This document shows positions 29,734-39,020 of a stretch of DNA of 60,330 nucleotides, piece by piece. Both the position numbers and the translations under genes were made by a program. Every line of letters starts with the position of its first letter. The first letter of the stretch is position 1. The notes below the pieces were generated by a model. It had not been told where the DNA came from, ran no database searches, and was given only the letters and a program-made list of their open reading frames with translations. The stretch comes from an uncultured Alphaproteobacteria bacterium (GTDB lineage Bacteria > Pseudomonadota > Alphaproteobacteria > Rs-D84 > CACZYB01): assembly GCA_963544995.1 (NCBI GenBank), contig CAUUHH010000002.1, positions 1 through 60,330 on the forward strand. The letters are read 5' to 3'.

Positions 29734-32295
29734 GTGCAGGATAATATAATAACAAATCAAAGTTCTATAAAAGTTAAACATAAAAGTAAATTAGAACTAT
29801 TTTTTATAGGATTTTTTGTATTATCTGTACTATTTACATTTTTGCTCACTTTCGTTTTATTCAAATATGGAACTAATTTACCAGACTATAATCAACTTGC
29901 AGAATACAGACCTCCAGTTACAAGCAGATTTTATTCTTCCGATGGAACATTACTTACTGAATATGCAACTGAACAAAGAATTTTCGTTCCATTAAAAGAT
30001 ATACCTCCCAACTTAATAAATGCTTTTATTGCAGCAGAGGATAAAAAGTTTTGGTCCCACCATGGAATAGATCCAATCGGAATAATAAGAGCCACTATTG
30101 TAAATGTAAAAAATAAGATATTGGGAAATAAAAGGGGAGCAATTGGGGCATCAACAATAACTCAGCAAGTCGCAAAAAATTTCTTTTTAACTTCAGAAAA
30201 GTCTATATCAAGAAAACTTAAAGAAGTAATACTAGCCTTAAAAATGGAAAGAGCGTTTTCTAAACGTCACATACTTACGCTATATTTCAATCAAATATTT
30301 TTAGGTTTCAGATCTTATGGTGTTGCGGCAGCAGCATTAAATTATTTCAATAAATCTTTAAATGAATTAACAATTGCTGAATGTGCATTTTTAGCTGCAT
30401 TACCAAAAGCTCCAAATAATTATAACCCAATTACTAATAAAGAAAGAGCAATAGATAGACGAAATTGGGTTTTAGAACGTATGCAAGATGATGGTTATAT
30501 AACAAAAGAAGAGTCAGAGTTTGCTCAAACAGAGGATATAGTTTTAAGCGAAAGTTTTGTTTCAAAAAACCAAAGATACTCATTGTATTTTTCAGAAGAA
30601 GTAAGAAAATTTTTATCTGATATATATGGAGAAGAGCAATTATATGCAGGTGGATTAAGTGTAATGACAACTTTGATTCCTGAATATCAAAAAATAGTAA
30701 CTGATTCTTTACGGAAAGCATTAATAAATTTTGATTTATCAAAAGGTTGGCGTGGCGCAGAAAAAAATATAGATATTGATAGTGATGAATGGGTATCTGA
30801 TAAAAAAATTATAAATACATTAAAAAATACTAATAAACAATTATGGGAAATATTATTGGATAAAACAAAATTATATTCTGGAGCAGAAGATAATGGTTGG
30901 GAAAAAGCAATAGTTTTAAATGTTGATAATAATGAAGCTAAAATAGGATTAAAAAATGGTAGGACTGGTTTAATAACTTTAAAATCAATAGGTTGGAATA
31001 AATATATAAAACAAATAGATACAGAAAATACTATTGATGACAAATCTAAAAAAGAGATAACAAAAACTTTTAAAATAACATTTATGACAGAAGTCTTGAA
31101 AAAGGGAGATATAATTTTTGTAAAGAAAACATATGATGGTGAAACCTATTCTTTACAACAAGTTCCAGAATTAAATGGGGCAATTATATTAATGAATCCT
31201 CATACAGGACAAATTTATGCAATGGTTGGTGGATTCTCATATACAAGAAGTAAGTTTAATAGGGCCACCCAAGCATACAGACAACCAGGGTCTACTATAA
31301 AACCTTTTGTGTACCTTACTGCGTTAGAAAACGGGTATAATCCATCATCGATATTATTGGATGCCCCAGTCGTATTGGAAAAAACAGATGGATCTTTATG
31401 GAGACCAGAAAATTATGATAATACATTTACCGGAGAAATAACACTTAGAAGAGCTTTGGAACAATCAAAAAATAATCCTACTATCAGAGTAGCAAAAGAT
31501 GTCGGTATAAGAAAATTTTTAAAAAATGCTCAAAAATTTGGTATTTATAAAAATATAAAAGAAGCAAATTTGGCTATGACATTAGGTAGTGGCGATACAA
31601 CTTTAATAGATTTAACTTCTGGTTTTGCAAAACTCGTAAATGGTGGTAAAAATATAACTCCAACTTTAATAGACAGAGTTCAAGATAGAAATGGTAAATC
31701 AATATATAAAAGTGATGGCAGAGAATGTAAACTATGTAACACAAAATGGGAAAATAATATAGAAGTTCCAGAACTTAATGATGAAAAAGAAACTATTTCT
31801 GATACAGCATCTTTATATCAAATAATAAATATTTTACAGGGAGTTGTGGAAAGAGGTAGTGGTTGGAAAGCAAAAATAGAAAATAAAACAATTTTCGGTA
31901 AAACAGGAACATCTAATGATCAAAAAGATGTTTGGTTTATAGGTGGAACACCAGATTTAGTTGCAGGAGTATTTTTAGGTTATGACAACCCTCATAGTCT
32001 AGGTGATTATGCAGCAGGAGGATCTTTAGCAGCCCCAGTATTTAAAGATTTTATGAGTATTATTTTAAAAAATAAAAAAAATATAGCATTCAGACAACCA
32101 AAAGGGATAGATATAATAAGGGTTAACAGAGAAACTGGAAGACCGGCATCTCAAAATGATAAATTGTATAATACAGTGCTAGAGGCATTTAAAACTGGAA
32201 CAAATCCTTTCTCATCTAATAATGGTATAGATAGTATTCATAGTGGTAAAATTGATAATATAGAAGAAAATAATAATTTCGATGGTATATATTAA
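29734..32295 (+). CDS. mrcA: Penicillin-binding protein 1A (bifunctional glycosyltransferase/transpeptidase)
   Basis: 853 aa, GTG start. GT51 motifs 'AAEDKKFWSHHG' and 'GASTITQQ'. Transpeptidase motifs 'STIKP', 'SKN', 'KTGT'. Confidence 0.9.
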   Translation: MQDNIITNQSSIKVKHKSKLELFFIGFFVLSVLFTFLLTFVLFKYGTNLPDYNQLAEYRPPVTSRFYSSDGTLLTEYATEQRIFVPLKDIPPNLINAFIAAEDKKFWSHHGIDPIGIIRATIVNVKNKILGNKRGAIGASTITQQVAKNFFLTSEKSISRKLKEVILALKMERAFSKRHILTLYFNQIFLGFRSYGVAAAALNYFNKSLNELTIAECAFLAALPKAPNNYNPITNKERAIDRRNWVLERMQDDGYITKEESEFAQTEDIVLSESFVSKNQRYSLYFSEEVRKFLSDIYGEEQLYAGGLSVMTTLIPEYQKIVTDSLRKALINFDLSKGWRGAEKNIDIDSDEWVSDKKIINTLKNTNKQLWEILLDKTKLYSGAEDNGWEKAIVLNVDNNEAKIGLKNGRTGLITLKSIGWNKYIKQIDTENTIDDKSKKEITKTFKITFMTEVLKKGDIIFVKKTYDGETYSLQQVPELNGAIILMNPHTGQIYAMVGGFSYTRSKFNRATQAYRQPGSTIKPFVYLTALENGYNPSSILLDAPVVLEKTDGSLWRPENYDNTFTGEITLRRALEQSKNNPTIRVAKDVGIRKFLKNAQKFGIYKNIKEANLAMTLGSGDTTLIDLTSGFAKLVNGGKNITPTLIDRVQDRNGKSIYKSDGRECKLCNTKWENNIEVPELNDEKETISDTASLYQIINILQGVVERGSGWKAKIENKTIFGKTGTSNDQKDVWFIGGTPDLVAGVFLGYDNPHSLGDYAAGGSLAAPVFKDFMSIILKNKKNIAFRQPKGIDIIRVNRETGRPASQNDKLYNTVLEAFKTGTNPFSSNNGIDSIHSGKIDNIEENNNFDGIY

Positions 32296-32311
32296 AATAT
32301 AAAGGTTTAAA

Positions 32312-33637
32312 ATGGATTATTTTAGAATAAAAGGTGGCAAAAAATTAAATGGAATAGTTAATATAAGTGGTGCAAAAAATTCTGTACTTGAACTTATGTC
32401 TGCTAGCCTTTTATCTGCAGAGCCTGTAACTTTAAATAACGTTCCAAATTTAACAGATATAGATACATTAAATGATTTATTAAAATCTTTGGGAACAATA
32501 GTTGATTGGGATAGAGATAATCATAAATTGGTCTTACACACTCCTAAAATAACTAATGTAAAGGCATCATATGATATAGTAAAAAAGATGAGGGCATCTA
32601 TATATGTTTTAGGCGCATTAATGGGAAGGGAAGGAAGAGCAAAAGTATCTATTCCCGGAGGATGCGTTATAGGACAAAGGCCAGTAAATATTCATTTAAC
32701 TGCGTTAGAAAATTTGGGCGCAAAAATAGAATTGCATCATGGTTATATTATTGGAGAAGCTCCCATAAATAATAGTAAACAAAGATTAATAGGTGGAACC
32801 ATAAATGGTTTGGTTAGAATGAGTAATGACATTGCAATTACTACTCATGGAGGAACAGTTAATGCAATACAAGCAGCAGTATTAGCAGACGGAGAGACTG
32901 TTATAAAACATGCTTCAATAGAACCAGAAGTCGACGATTTAATAAATATGTTAAATAAAATGGGTGCAAAAATTAAAAGAAGCACAGAAAATGGAATAAA
33001 TATAATACACATAATAGGTGTAGAAAAATTAAATGGTTGCGAATATTCGGTTATGCCAGACAGATTAGAGGCTGGAACATACGCAATTGCTGCATTTATG
33101 ACTGGTGGAATAATAAATATAAATAATTCGGATATTTCAGTAATGAATGCGGTTATAGATAAATTTAAACTTGCAGGTTGTGTAATAGAAAAAACAGATA
33201 CAGGTTTTATTGCTGATGGTTCTAAATCAAAAATATTGGGAACTAATATTGATGTTGAACAATATCCAGGTTTCCCAACTGATATGCAATCTCAATTTAT
33301 GGCCATGATGTCTATAGCAAAAGGTGAATCTATATTAAAAGAAAATTTATTCGAAAATAGACTTATGTACGTACCAGAGTTATCAAGAATGGGGGCAAAT
33401 ATAGAAATAATTAATGATAACATGGTAAAGTTTATTGGGGTTAATGAATTAACCGCAGCTGATGTTATGGCATCAGATTTAAGATCAGGTGCTGCTTTGG
33501 TTTTGGCTGGATTAGTTGCAAATGGAGAAACTAATTTACACAGAGTTTACCATATTTACAGAGGTTATGATAATTTTGTAAATAATTTACAAAACTTAGG
33601 TGCAGATATAGAAATATTTAAAGAAGATACTATGTAA
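32312..33637 (+). CDS. murA: UDP-N-acetylglucosamine 1-carboxyvinyltransferase
   Basis: 441 aa. 'ISGAKNS' and active-site loop 'PGGCVIGQRPV'. Confidence 0.95.
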   Translation: MDYFRIKGGKKLNGIVNISGAKNSVLELMSASLLSAEPVTLNNVPNLTDIDTLNDLLKSLGTIVDWDRDNHKLVLHTPKITNVKASYDIVKKMRASIYVLGALMGREGRAKVSIPGGCVIGQRPVNIHLTALENLGAKIELHHGYIIGEAPINNSKQRLIGGTINGLVRMSNDIAITTHGGTVNAIQAAVLADGETVIKHASIEPEVDDLINMLNKMGAKIKRSTENGINIIHIIGVEKLNGCEYSVMPDRLEAGTYAIAAFMTGGIININNSDISVMNAVIDKFKLAGCVIEKTDTGFIADGSKSKILGTNIDVEQYPGFPTDMQSQFMAMMSIAKGESILKENLFENRLMYVPELSRMGANIEIINDNMVKFIGVNELTAADVMASDLRSGAALVLAGLVANGETNLHRVYHIYRGYDNFVNNLQNLGADIEIFKEDTM

Positions 33638-33646
33638 GAGGTATTT

Positions 33647-34198
33647 ATGCGTTGTCCTTTTTGTTTATCAGATGATACCCAAGTAAAAGATTCAAGAGTA
33701 GCAGAAGATGGTTCTTATATAAAAAGGAGAAGATTTTGTAGCGAATGCGGAAGCAGGTTTACAACATTCGAAAGAGTTCAATTAAAAGAAATAATGGTAA
33801 AAAAATCAAGTGGAGAACTAGTTCCTTTTTCTAGGGATAAATTATTAAATTCTATAAAACTAGCATGTAAAAAAAGACCTATTACAGATGATAGAATAGA
33901 TAAAATAGTATCCTCTATACAAAGACAACTTGAAACAACAGTTGATGGAGAAGTTACATCAAAAGAAATAGGTGTTCTTACCATGGATGTCCTAGCTAAT
34001 TTAGATTTAGTGGCATATATAAGATTTGCATCAGTTTATTATAATTTTGAAAAAAAAGAGGATTTTTCAAAATTTATAGATGCAATTAAAAAAGAAGTTA
34101 TGAATAAAGAAGACGAATTACTATCAAACGATACATATAAAGAATGCAAACTAGACTCACAATTTTTAACTATAACAAATCAAAACTCAAACAGATAG
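33647..34198 (+). CDS. nrdR: Transcriptional repressor NrdR (with C-terminal extension)
   Basis: Zn ribbon 'MRCPFC...CSECGSRFTTFE' plus ATP-cone. At 183 aa it is longer than my recollection of ~150-160 aa for typical NrdR. Confidence 0.9.
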   Translation: MRCPFCLSDDTQVKDSRVAEDGSYIKRRRFCSECGSRFTTFERVQLKEIMVKKSSGELVPFSRDKLLNSIKLACKKRPITDDRIDKIVSSIQRQLETTVDGEVTSKEIGVLTMDVLANLDLVAYIRFASVYYNFEKKEDFSKFIDAIKKEVMNKEDELLSNDTYKECKLDSQFLTITNQNSNR

Positions 34199-34210
34199 TA
34201 TTTATAAATA

Positions 34211-35299
34211 TTATTTATTGCTTTTTCGTCTATTGTCATCTTTACATAACATTTGACAATTTTCTATAGTAGTATGTCCACCTTCACACCAAGGAGTTAT
34301 ATGATCTGCCTCCATTTCCTCTATTTCGAAATGTTTTTTACAAACCGGACATATTCCATTTTGCCTTTCATAAACTGATCTTTTTTCACTATCTTTAAAG
34401 GCCCTTATATTTAAACACCTATCATTACCACTTAACACATATTCATAAATACCTTTTTTTGAAGTTATTTCATCATATTCATCTTTCATCAATTTTGAAA
34501 TTTCTGTTTCTAATTCTTCTGGGTTATAATCATTGCTTTTATATTTATTATATAATTCCCCCCACTGTAAACCTTTCATCTCTTTCCTGTATTTTGGAAA
34601 TAAATTTTCAATCCAACTTATTACAGATTGAAAATAATTCCATAATTCTATCGCACTATGATTATGTTGATGGGTTGCCATATATTCTTCTATATTATTA
34701 TCACTTATCCACTTTATTGCTGTTTCTAAATAATCTTGCCTTATTGGACTGCCATTCAGATAATTGCTTGCAATCTTGTATGCTAAGCAATTATTTTTAC
34801 TAAAATAATGTTTTGCATCTGATAACCATTCACCTGTATAAATTGCATTTCTTAATTCTTGATCTGTTAATTTTTCACCCGCAATATTGATAACTTTAAA
34901 CCACTCCAACTTTTCCTTATCATTTCCTTCACAAATATAAATCATAAGTTCATAGTCTAAAATTTTATTTTTTTCAGTATCTGTTAAATTGTGAAAATAT
35001 AAATTATTAATAGAATAGGAACCTTTAACATATTCACAAATACTAATAGTCCTTTGTTGCCCGTCCAAAACCTCAAAACTACCATCTTCATTTTTGCACC
35101 AATACATTACATTTAATGGAAAATTTTTATTTACAGTATCAATAACCGCATTTCGTTTCTTTTCATCATAAACAAATTCTCGTTGATATTTTGGCCTTAT
35201 ATTTAATCTATTATTATATCCAATAACTCCTTCTTCATCATTGTTTTTATAATTTTCAACTACATCTTTGATTTTTATATGCTTTAATTCTATTTTCAT
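34211..35299 (-). CDS. DUF262 (ParB/Srx-like NTPase, DGQQR motif) - HNH endonuclease fusion
   Basis: 362 aa. N-terminal 'RPKYQREFVY' and 'VLDGQQRT'. C-terminal HNH 'CPVCKKHF..ADHITPWCEGGHTTIENCQMLCKDDNRRK'. Its ATG directly abuts the stop of the upstream MTase. Confidence 0.75.
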   Translation of the reverse strand: MKIELKHIKIKDVVENYKNNDEEGVIGYNNRLNIRPKYQREFVYDEKKRNAVIDTVNKNFPLNVMYWCKNEDGSFEVLDGQQRTISICEYVKGSYSINNLYFHNLTDTEKNKILDYELMIYICEGNDKEKLEWFKVINIAGEKLTDQELRNAIYTGEWLSDAKHYFSKNNCLAYKIASNYLNGSPIRQDYLETAIKWISDNNIEEYMATHQHNHSAIELWNYFQSVISWIENLFPKYRKEMKGLQWGELYNKYKSNDYNPEELETEISKLMKDEYDEITSKKGIYEYVLSGNDRCLNIRAFKDSEKRSVYERQNGICPVCKKHFEIEEMEADHITPWCEGGHTTIENCQMLCKDDNRRKSNK

Positions 35300-36229
35300 T
35301 TAAATTATTCCTTTCTTTTTTATTAGAATTCTTCTATACAATAATTTTCCATTTATAATATTTATATCATCTGCAAAATTTTGACCATTGTGATAACGAC
35401 TATCACCTAAAATTTCAAATTGATCTGGATTGTATTCATCCAGAAAAGTTATTGGAACACCCATAACACCATCATAATCAACTGGAACATCACTTACTTT
35501 ATCGACATTTATTGCATCATAATTATCATATTTTTGATATTCATTTAGATTATATTTTTTGTATAAATCCAATCTTTCCTGCCTTTTTGAAATTTCTAAA
35601 TTGGTAAACCATCTTGTTAAACCTCCTAATTTCCCTAAACTGCCATCTGGTTGTATAAAATTTTTTGGCGTACTGTATCCAAGCCATATTTTATTTTCTT
35701 TAATAAGTTTAAATATTTCTTTATAGGTAATAGCATTTTTATTCCCAATAATAATAAATTTTTTATTGTATTCTACCAGTTGTGCTACATATTCACGAAA
35801 CAATGAAAATGGAGGATTCGTGCAAACTATATCTGCCTGTTTTAAAAGTTCTATGCATTCATCACTTCTGAAATCTCCATCGCCTTTTAATGGTTTTATA
35901 TCTATTTCATTGGTATCTGGTACTCTGTTTTTATTTGTGTCCCCTGTGTATTCAAGATATATCGCCACTTCATTCTCATTTTTTGAAAATAAATTTACAT
36001 CTTTATTTTTATAACAAGTTGTTATTAATTTTTTAAGACCTAAATATTCAAAATTATATGAAAAATAATGGAAAAAATTACTTACCCTTGGATCATCACA
36101 ATTACATAAAACAACCTTATCTTTAAAGAAATCTTTATAATGTTTTAATTCGTTTTCTATATCACTTAGTTCAGTATAAAATTCATCATTTTTATTTTTC
36201 TTTGCTGCTTTTAAATTTGTATTTCCCAT
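35300..36229 (-). CDS. N6-adenine DNA methyltransferase, EcoRI-methylase-like family
   Basis: 309 aa. 'NDEFYT' near the N-terminus, catalytic 'IVCTNPPFSLF' (NPPF), and 'GVPITFLDEYNPDQFEILG' near the C-terminus. Confidence 0.75.
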   Translation of the reverse strand: MGNTNLKAAKKNKNDEFYTELSDIENELKHYKDFFKDKVVLCNCDDPRVSNFFHYFSYNFEYLGLKKLITTCYKNKDVNLFSKNENEVAIYLEYTGDTNKNRVPDTNEIDIKPLKGDGDFRSDECIELLKQADIVCTNPPFSLFREYVAQLVEYNKKFIIIGNKNAITYKEIFKLIKENKIWLGYSTPKNFIQPDGSLGKLGGLTRWFTNLEISKRQERLDLYKKYNLNEYQKYDNYDAINVDKVSDVPVDYDGVMGVPITFLDEYNPDQFEILGDSRYHNGQNFADDINIINGKLLYRRILIKKKGII

Positions 36230-36317
36230 AACTTATCTTTCAATATAGATGTAGGTTTATGGAGATATAAAAAACAATAAATTGAAAAATAATAATTATT
36301 GATAAATGTTTAAAAAT

Positions 36318-36352
36318 AACTATAGTTAACAATATTGAATCTAAACGTACGT
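36318..36352. promoter_or_regulatory. Cluster of four short perfect palindromes in the divergent MTase/recombinase control region
   Basis: AACTATAGTT (36318-27), GTTAAC (36325-30), CAATATTG (36330-37), ACGTACGT (36345-52). Confidence 0.4.
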
Positions 36353-36436
36353 CTATAATTAAAAAACTTGTTTTTTATTAAATTTCTGTGATTTAAGTAT
36401 CTTCTTATTCAATAAATTGTAAAAGGAGATTATAGA

Positions 36437-37030
36437 ATGACAATTATAGCATACATAAGGGTTTCAAATGATAAACAAACATGCTTAAATCAACATTATG
36501 AAATAGAAAATTATTGTAATAGTAATAACATAATAATTGATAAATGGATTGAAGAAATTATATCATCCAGAAAAGATTTAAAAGAAAGAAAACTTAATAA
36601 ACTTTTAAATTCTATAAAGGTTAATGATATTGTTATTACATCAGAAATATCAAGGCTTGGTCGTAATTTATTAGAAGTAATGAAAATTTTAGAAATATGT
36701 TTAAATAAAGGATGTAAAATCATTACAATAAAAGAAAATTATATTTTATCCCCAGATATACAAAGCAAAGTTTTGGCTTTTGCCTTTGGACTTGCGGCCG
36801 AGATAGAAAGACAATTAATATCACAAAGAACAAAAGAAAGCTTAAAAAGATTAAAAGCAGAAGGAAAACACCTGGGACGTCCATTTGGGTTTAAATATTG
36901 TAAATTGGATAAACAAAGACACATAATTCAAAATTTATTACAAAATAATACAAGTAAATATAAAATTTCAAAATTAATGAATTGTAGTTGGAATACACTA
37001 CACAGATTTTTAAAAAATAATCAAATGTAA
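36437..37030 (+). CDS. Small serine recombinase (resolvase/invertase type)
   Basis: 197 aa. N-terminal catalytic 'AYIRVSNDKQ', 'SEISRLGRN', 'ERQLISQRTKESL', and a C-terminal HTH. RBS AAAGGAG. Confidence 0.8.
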   Translation: MTIIAYIRVSNDKQTCLNQHYEIENYCNSNNIIIDKWIEEIISSRKDLKERKLNKLLNSIKVNDIVITSEISRLGRNLLEVMKILEICLNKGCKIITIKENYILSPDIQSKVLAFAFGLAAEIERQLISQRTKESLKRLKAEGKHLGRPFGFKYCKLDKQRHIIQNLLQNNTSKYKISKLMNCSWNTLHRFLKNNQM

Positions 37031-37139
37031 ATATTTTATAATTAAAAATTATTTATTTTTTTATAATTAGACAAAATATTTTATTCTTGACTATAAATTT
37101 TCGATGTTTTATTTTTGTTCTAATAATAAAAGGAACAAA

Positions 37140-38636
37140 ATGCTAGCAAAAATTATAACTCCAGCATTCAGTGGGATAAACGTTATACAGGTTTCTGTTG
37201 AGGTTATGATATCTTCTGGCCTTCCTAAATTTTCTATTGTTGGTCTTGCAGATAAAGCAATTAGTGAGGCAAAAGAAAGAATACAAGCGGCATTTTCCGC
37301 AATGGGATTTTCATTACCTGCAAAAAGAATTACTGTTAATCTTGCTCCTGCAGATGTGTTAAAAGAGGGATCTCATTTCGATTTACCAATAGCAATAGGA
37401 ATTTTAAAAGCATTAAATATTATCACAGATGATTTAATTAATGATTATATTGTATTGGGTGAATTAGGGCTTGATGGTAGTATCAAGGCAGTAAATGGAA
37501 TATTACCAGCAGCAATTTTTGCAAATTCAATAAAAAAGGGAATAATATGTCCTAAATCTCAGGTAAGTGAAGCTTTATGGGCAGGAAATAAAATGGTGAT
37601 AGGTGGAGAAAATATTTTATCTCTTATCAATCATTTTAAAGGAACTCAAATAATTTCAGATATTAGTACACCATTAAAATATGAAGAAACTTACTCTGTA
37701 GATATGAGTGATATAAAAGGTCAAGAAACTGCAAGATTAGCATTAGAAATAGCAGCTGTCGGTGGCCATCATTTACTTATGATTGGCCCGCCTGGTGTCG
37801 GGAAATCTATGTTGGCATCACGATTACCTACTATATTACCACCAATGACAGCAAAAGAAGCTCTTGAAATATGTACAATAAAATCAGTTGCAGGATCATT
37901 GGATAAAAATGGATTTAGTATATCACGACCTTTTAGATCTCCTCATCATACTGCATCTCAAGTTGCATTAACAGGTGGGGGGCTTCATTCAAAACCTGGT
38001 GAGGTTTCATTGGCTCATAATGGAGTACTGTTTTTAGACGAATTACCAGAATTTTCATCCTCTGCATTAGATAGTTTAAGGGAACCATTAGAAACAGGTA
38101 AGGTAAGTATAGCAAGGGCAAACAGCCATATAACTTATCCAGCAAAATTTCAATTAATTGCAGCAATGAATCCATGTAAATGTGGTCATTTTGGAGAATC
38201 AAGTTGTACATGTTCATTATCATCAGCATTAAAATATCAAAATAGAATAAGTGGTCCTCTATATGATAGAATAGATTTAACAGTAGGAGTAGATAACATA
38301 AATCCATGGCAATTAAATGATTTAAAACCTAGTGAAAATTCAAAAATAATAAAAGAAAGAGTAATTAGTGCCAGATTATTTCAATATGAAAGAATAAAAA
38401 ATATTGTAAAAGAATATAAAACAAATGCATCTATGTCAGGGGAGGAAATAGAAAATACAGCGAACTTAACTGACAAGGCTAGAACATTACTTACAAAATC
38501 AGCAGAAAAATTTAAATTGTCAGCAAGAGCTTATTACAAAACAATAAAGGTAGCTAGGACAATAGCCGACATGAATTTTAAAAATAATATAGATGAAAAT
38601 GATATCGCTACAGCATTAAATTTTAGGAAAAAATAA
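37140..38636 (+). CDS. comM: Mg-chelatase-like ATPase ComM/YifB
   Basis: N-terminal Lon-protease-like domain, Walker A 'GPPGVGKSMLA', 'LFLDELPEF'. ATG 37140 with AAAGGA upstream is preferred over the track start 37104. Confidence 0.9.
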   Translation: MLAKIITPAFSGINVIQVSVEVMISSGLPKFSIVGLADKAISEAKERIQAAFSAMGFSLPAKRITVNLAPADVLKEGSHFDLPIAIGILKALNIITDDLINDYIVLGELGLDGSIKAVNGILPAAIFANSIKKGIICPKSQVSEALWAGNKMVIGGENILSLINHFKGTQIISDISTPLKYEETYSVDMSDIKGQETARLALEIAAVGGHHLLMIGPPGVGKSMLASRLPTILPPMTAKEALEICTIKSVAGSLDKNGFSISRPFRSPHHTASQVALTGGGLHSKPGEVSLAHNGVLFLDELPEFSSSALDSLREPLETGKVSIARANSHITYPAKFQLIAAMNPCKCGHFGESSCTCSLSSALKYQNRISGPLYDRIDLTVGVDNINPWQLNDLKPSENSKIIKERVISARLFQYERIKNIVKEYKTNASMSGEEIENTANLTDKARTLLTKSAEKFKLSARAYYKTIKVARTIADMNFKNNIDENDIATALNFRKK

Positions 38637-39020
38637 TTATTTCAATATATTACTCACATTATAAAAATTATCATTAAACCATTGTTCAACTTGATTTGGA
38701 TATAATGATAAATTTAAATCTTTAATAATTTTTACAGACAATAAATGAAAAAATTTTTTTATATTTTCTTTTTTTATATTAATATCATAAGGAATAAAAC
38801 TATCAGAAATAATACACTTCATTTCTTTCTTTAATTTAAATATATTATCGTTATTACCTACTACTGGCTTTATAGAAATATTATCATCCAAAGAAATATT
38901 CGAAGTTTCTTTTAAACTACTTGATCCCACTTCTTGCTCTTTTCTTTTCCTTAAAGCGATTTTTATCCTATCTAATATTTCCTCCATTGATGGAGATGCA
39001 GAATAATTTGACATAAACAC
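38637..39020 (-). CDS. DUF2497/PopZ-like protein
   Basis: 127 aa. The N-terminal 'PSMEEILDRIK' resembles the alphaproteobacterial PopZ/DUF2497 N-terminal motif, and there is a conserved-looking C-terminal helix. Its stop abuts the comM stop. Confidence 0.45.
   Translation of the reverse strand: MFMSNYSASPSMEEILDRIKIALRKRKEQEVGSSSLKETSNISLDDNISIKPVVGNNDNIFKLKKEMKCIISDSFIPYDINIKKENIKKFFHLLSVKIIKDLNLSLYPNQVEQWFNDNFYNVSNILK

Larger units (their letters stand above)
34199..37139. mobile_element. Candidate genomic islet (MTase + DUF262-HNH nuclease + serine recombinase) between nrdR and comM
   Basis: These are the only non-housekeeping genes in the window. A recombinase gene is present. The left edge lies within 12 nt of the nrdR stop. 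No clear terminal repeats were found, so the boundaries are approximate. Confidence 0.4.

Noticed and set aside
34882-36337. A 12/13 inverted match: CAATATTGATAAC (34882-94, inside the DUF262-HNH gene) against the reverse complement of GTTAACAATATTG (36325-37, control region). This could be invertase crossover sites that would flip the MTase plus the nuclease 5' end.
   Set aside because: My rough estimate is that a 12/13 AT-rich match within about 2 kb arises by chance at the few-percent level. Only one pair was found. Inversion would have to cut inside a coding region. It is worth testing with long reads but is not supportable from sequence alone.
34205-37065. Short direct repeat ATTATTTATT near both islet edges (about 34210 and about 37052) as possible att sites or a target duplication.
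   Set aside because: A 10-bp pure A/T word is expected by chance in this genome. The left copy lies inside the nuclease coding sequence. Serine recombinases do not generate long target duplications.
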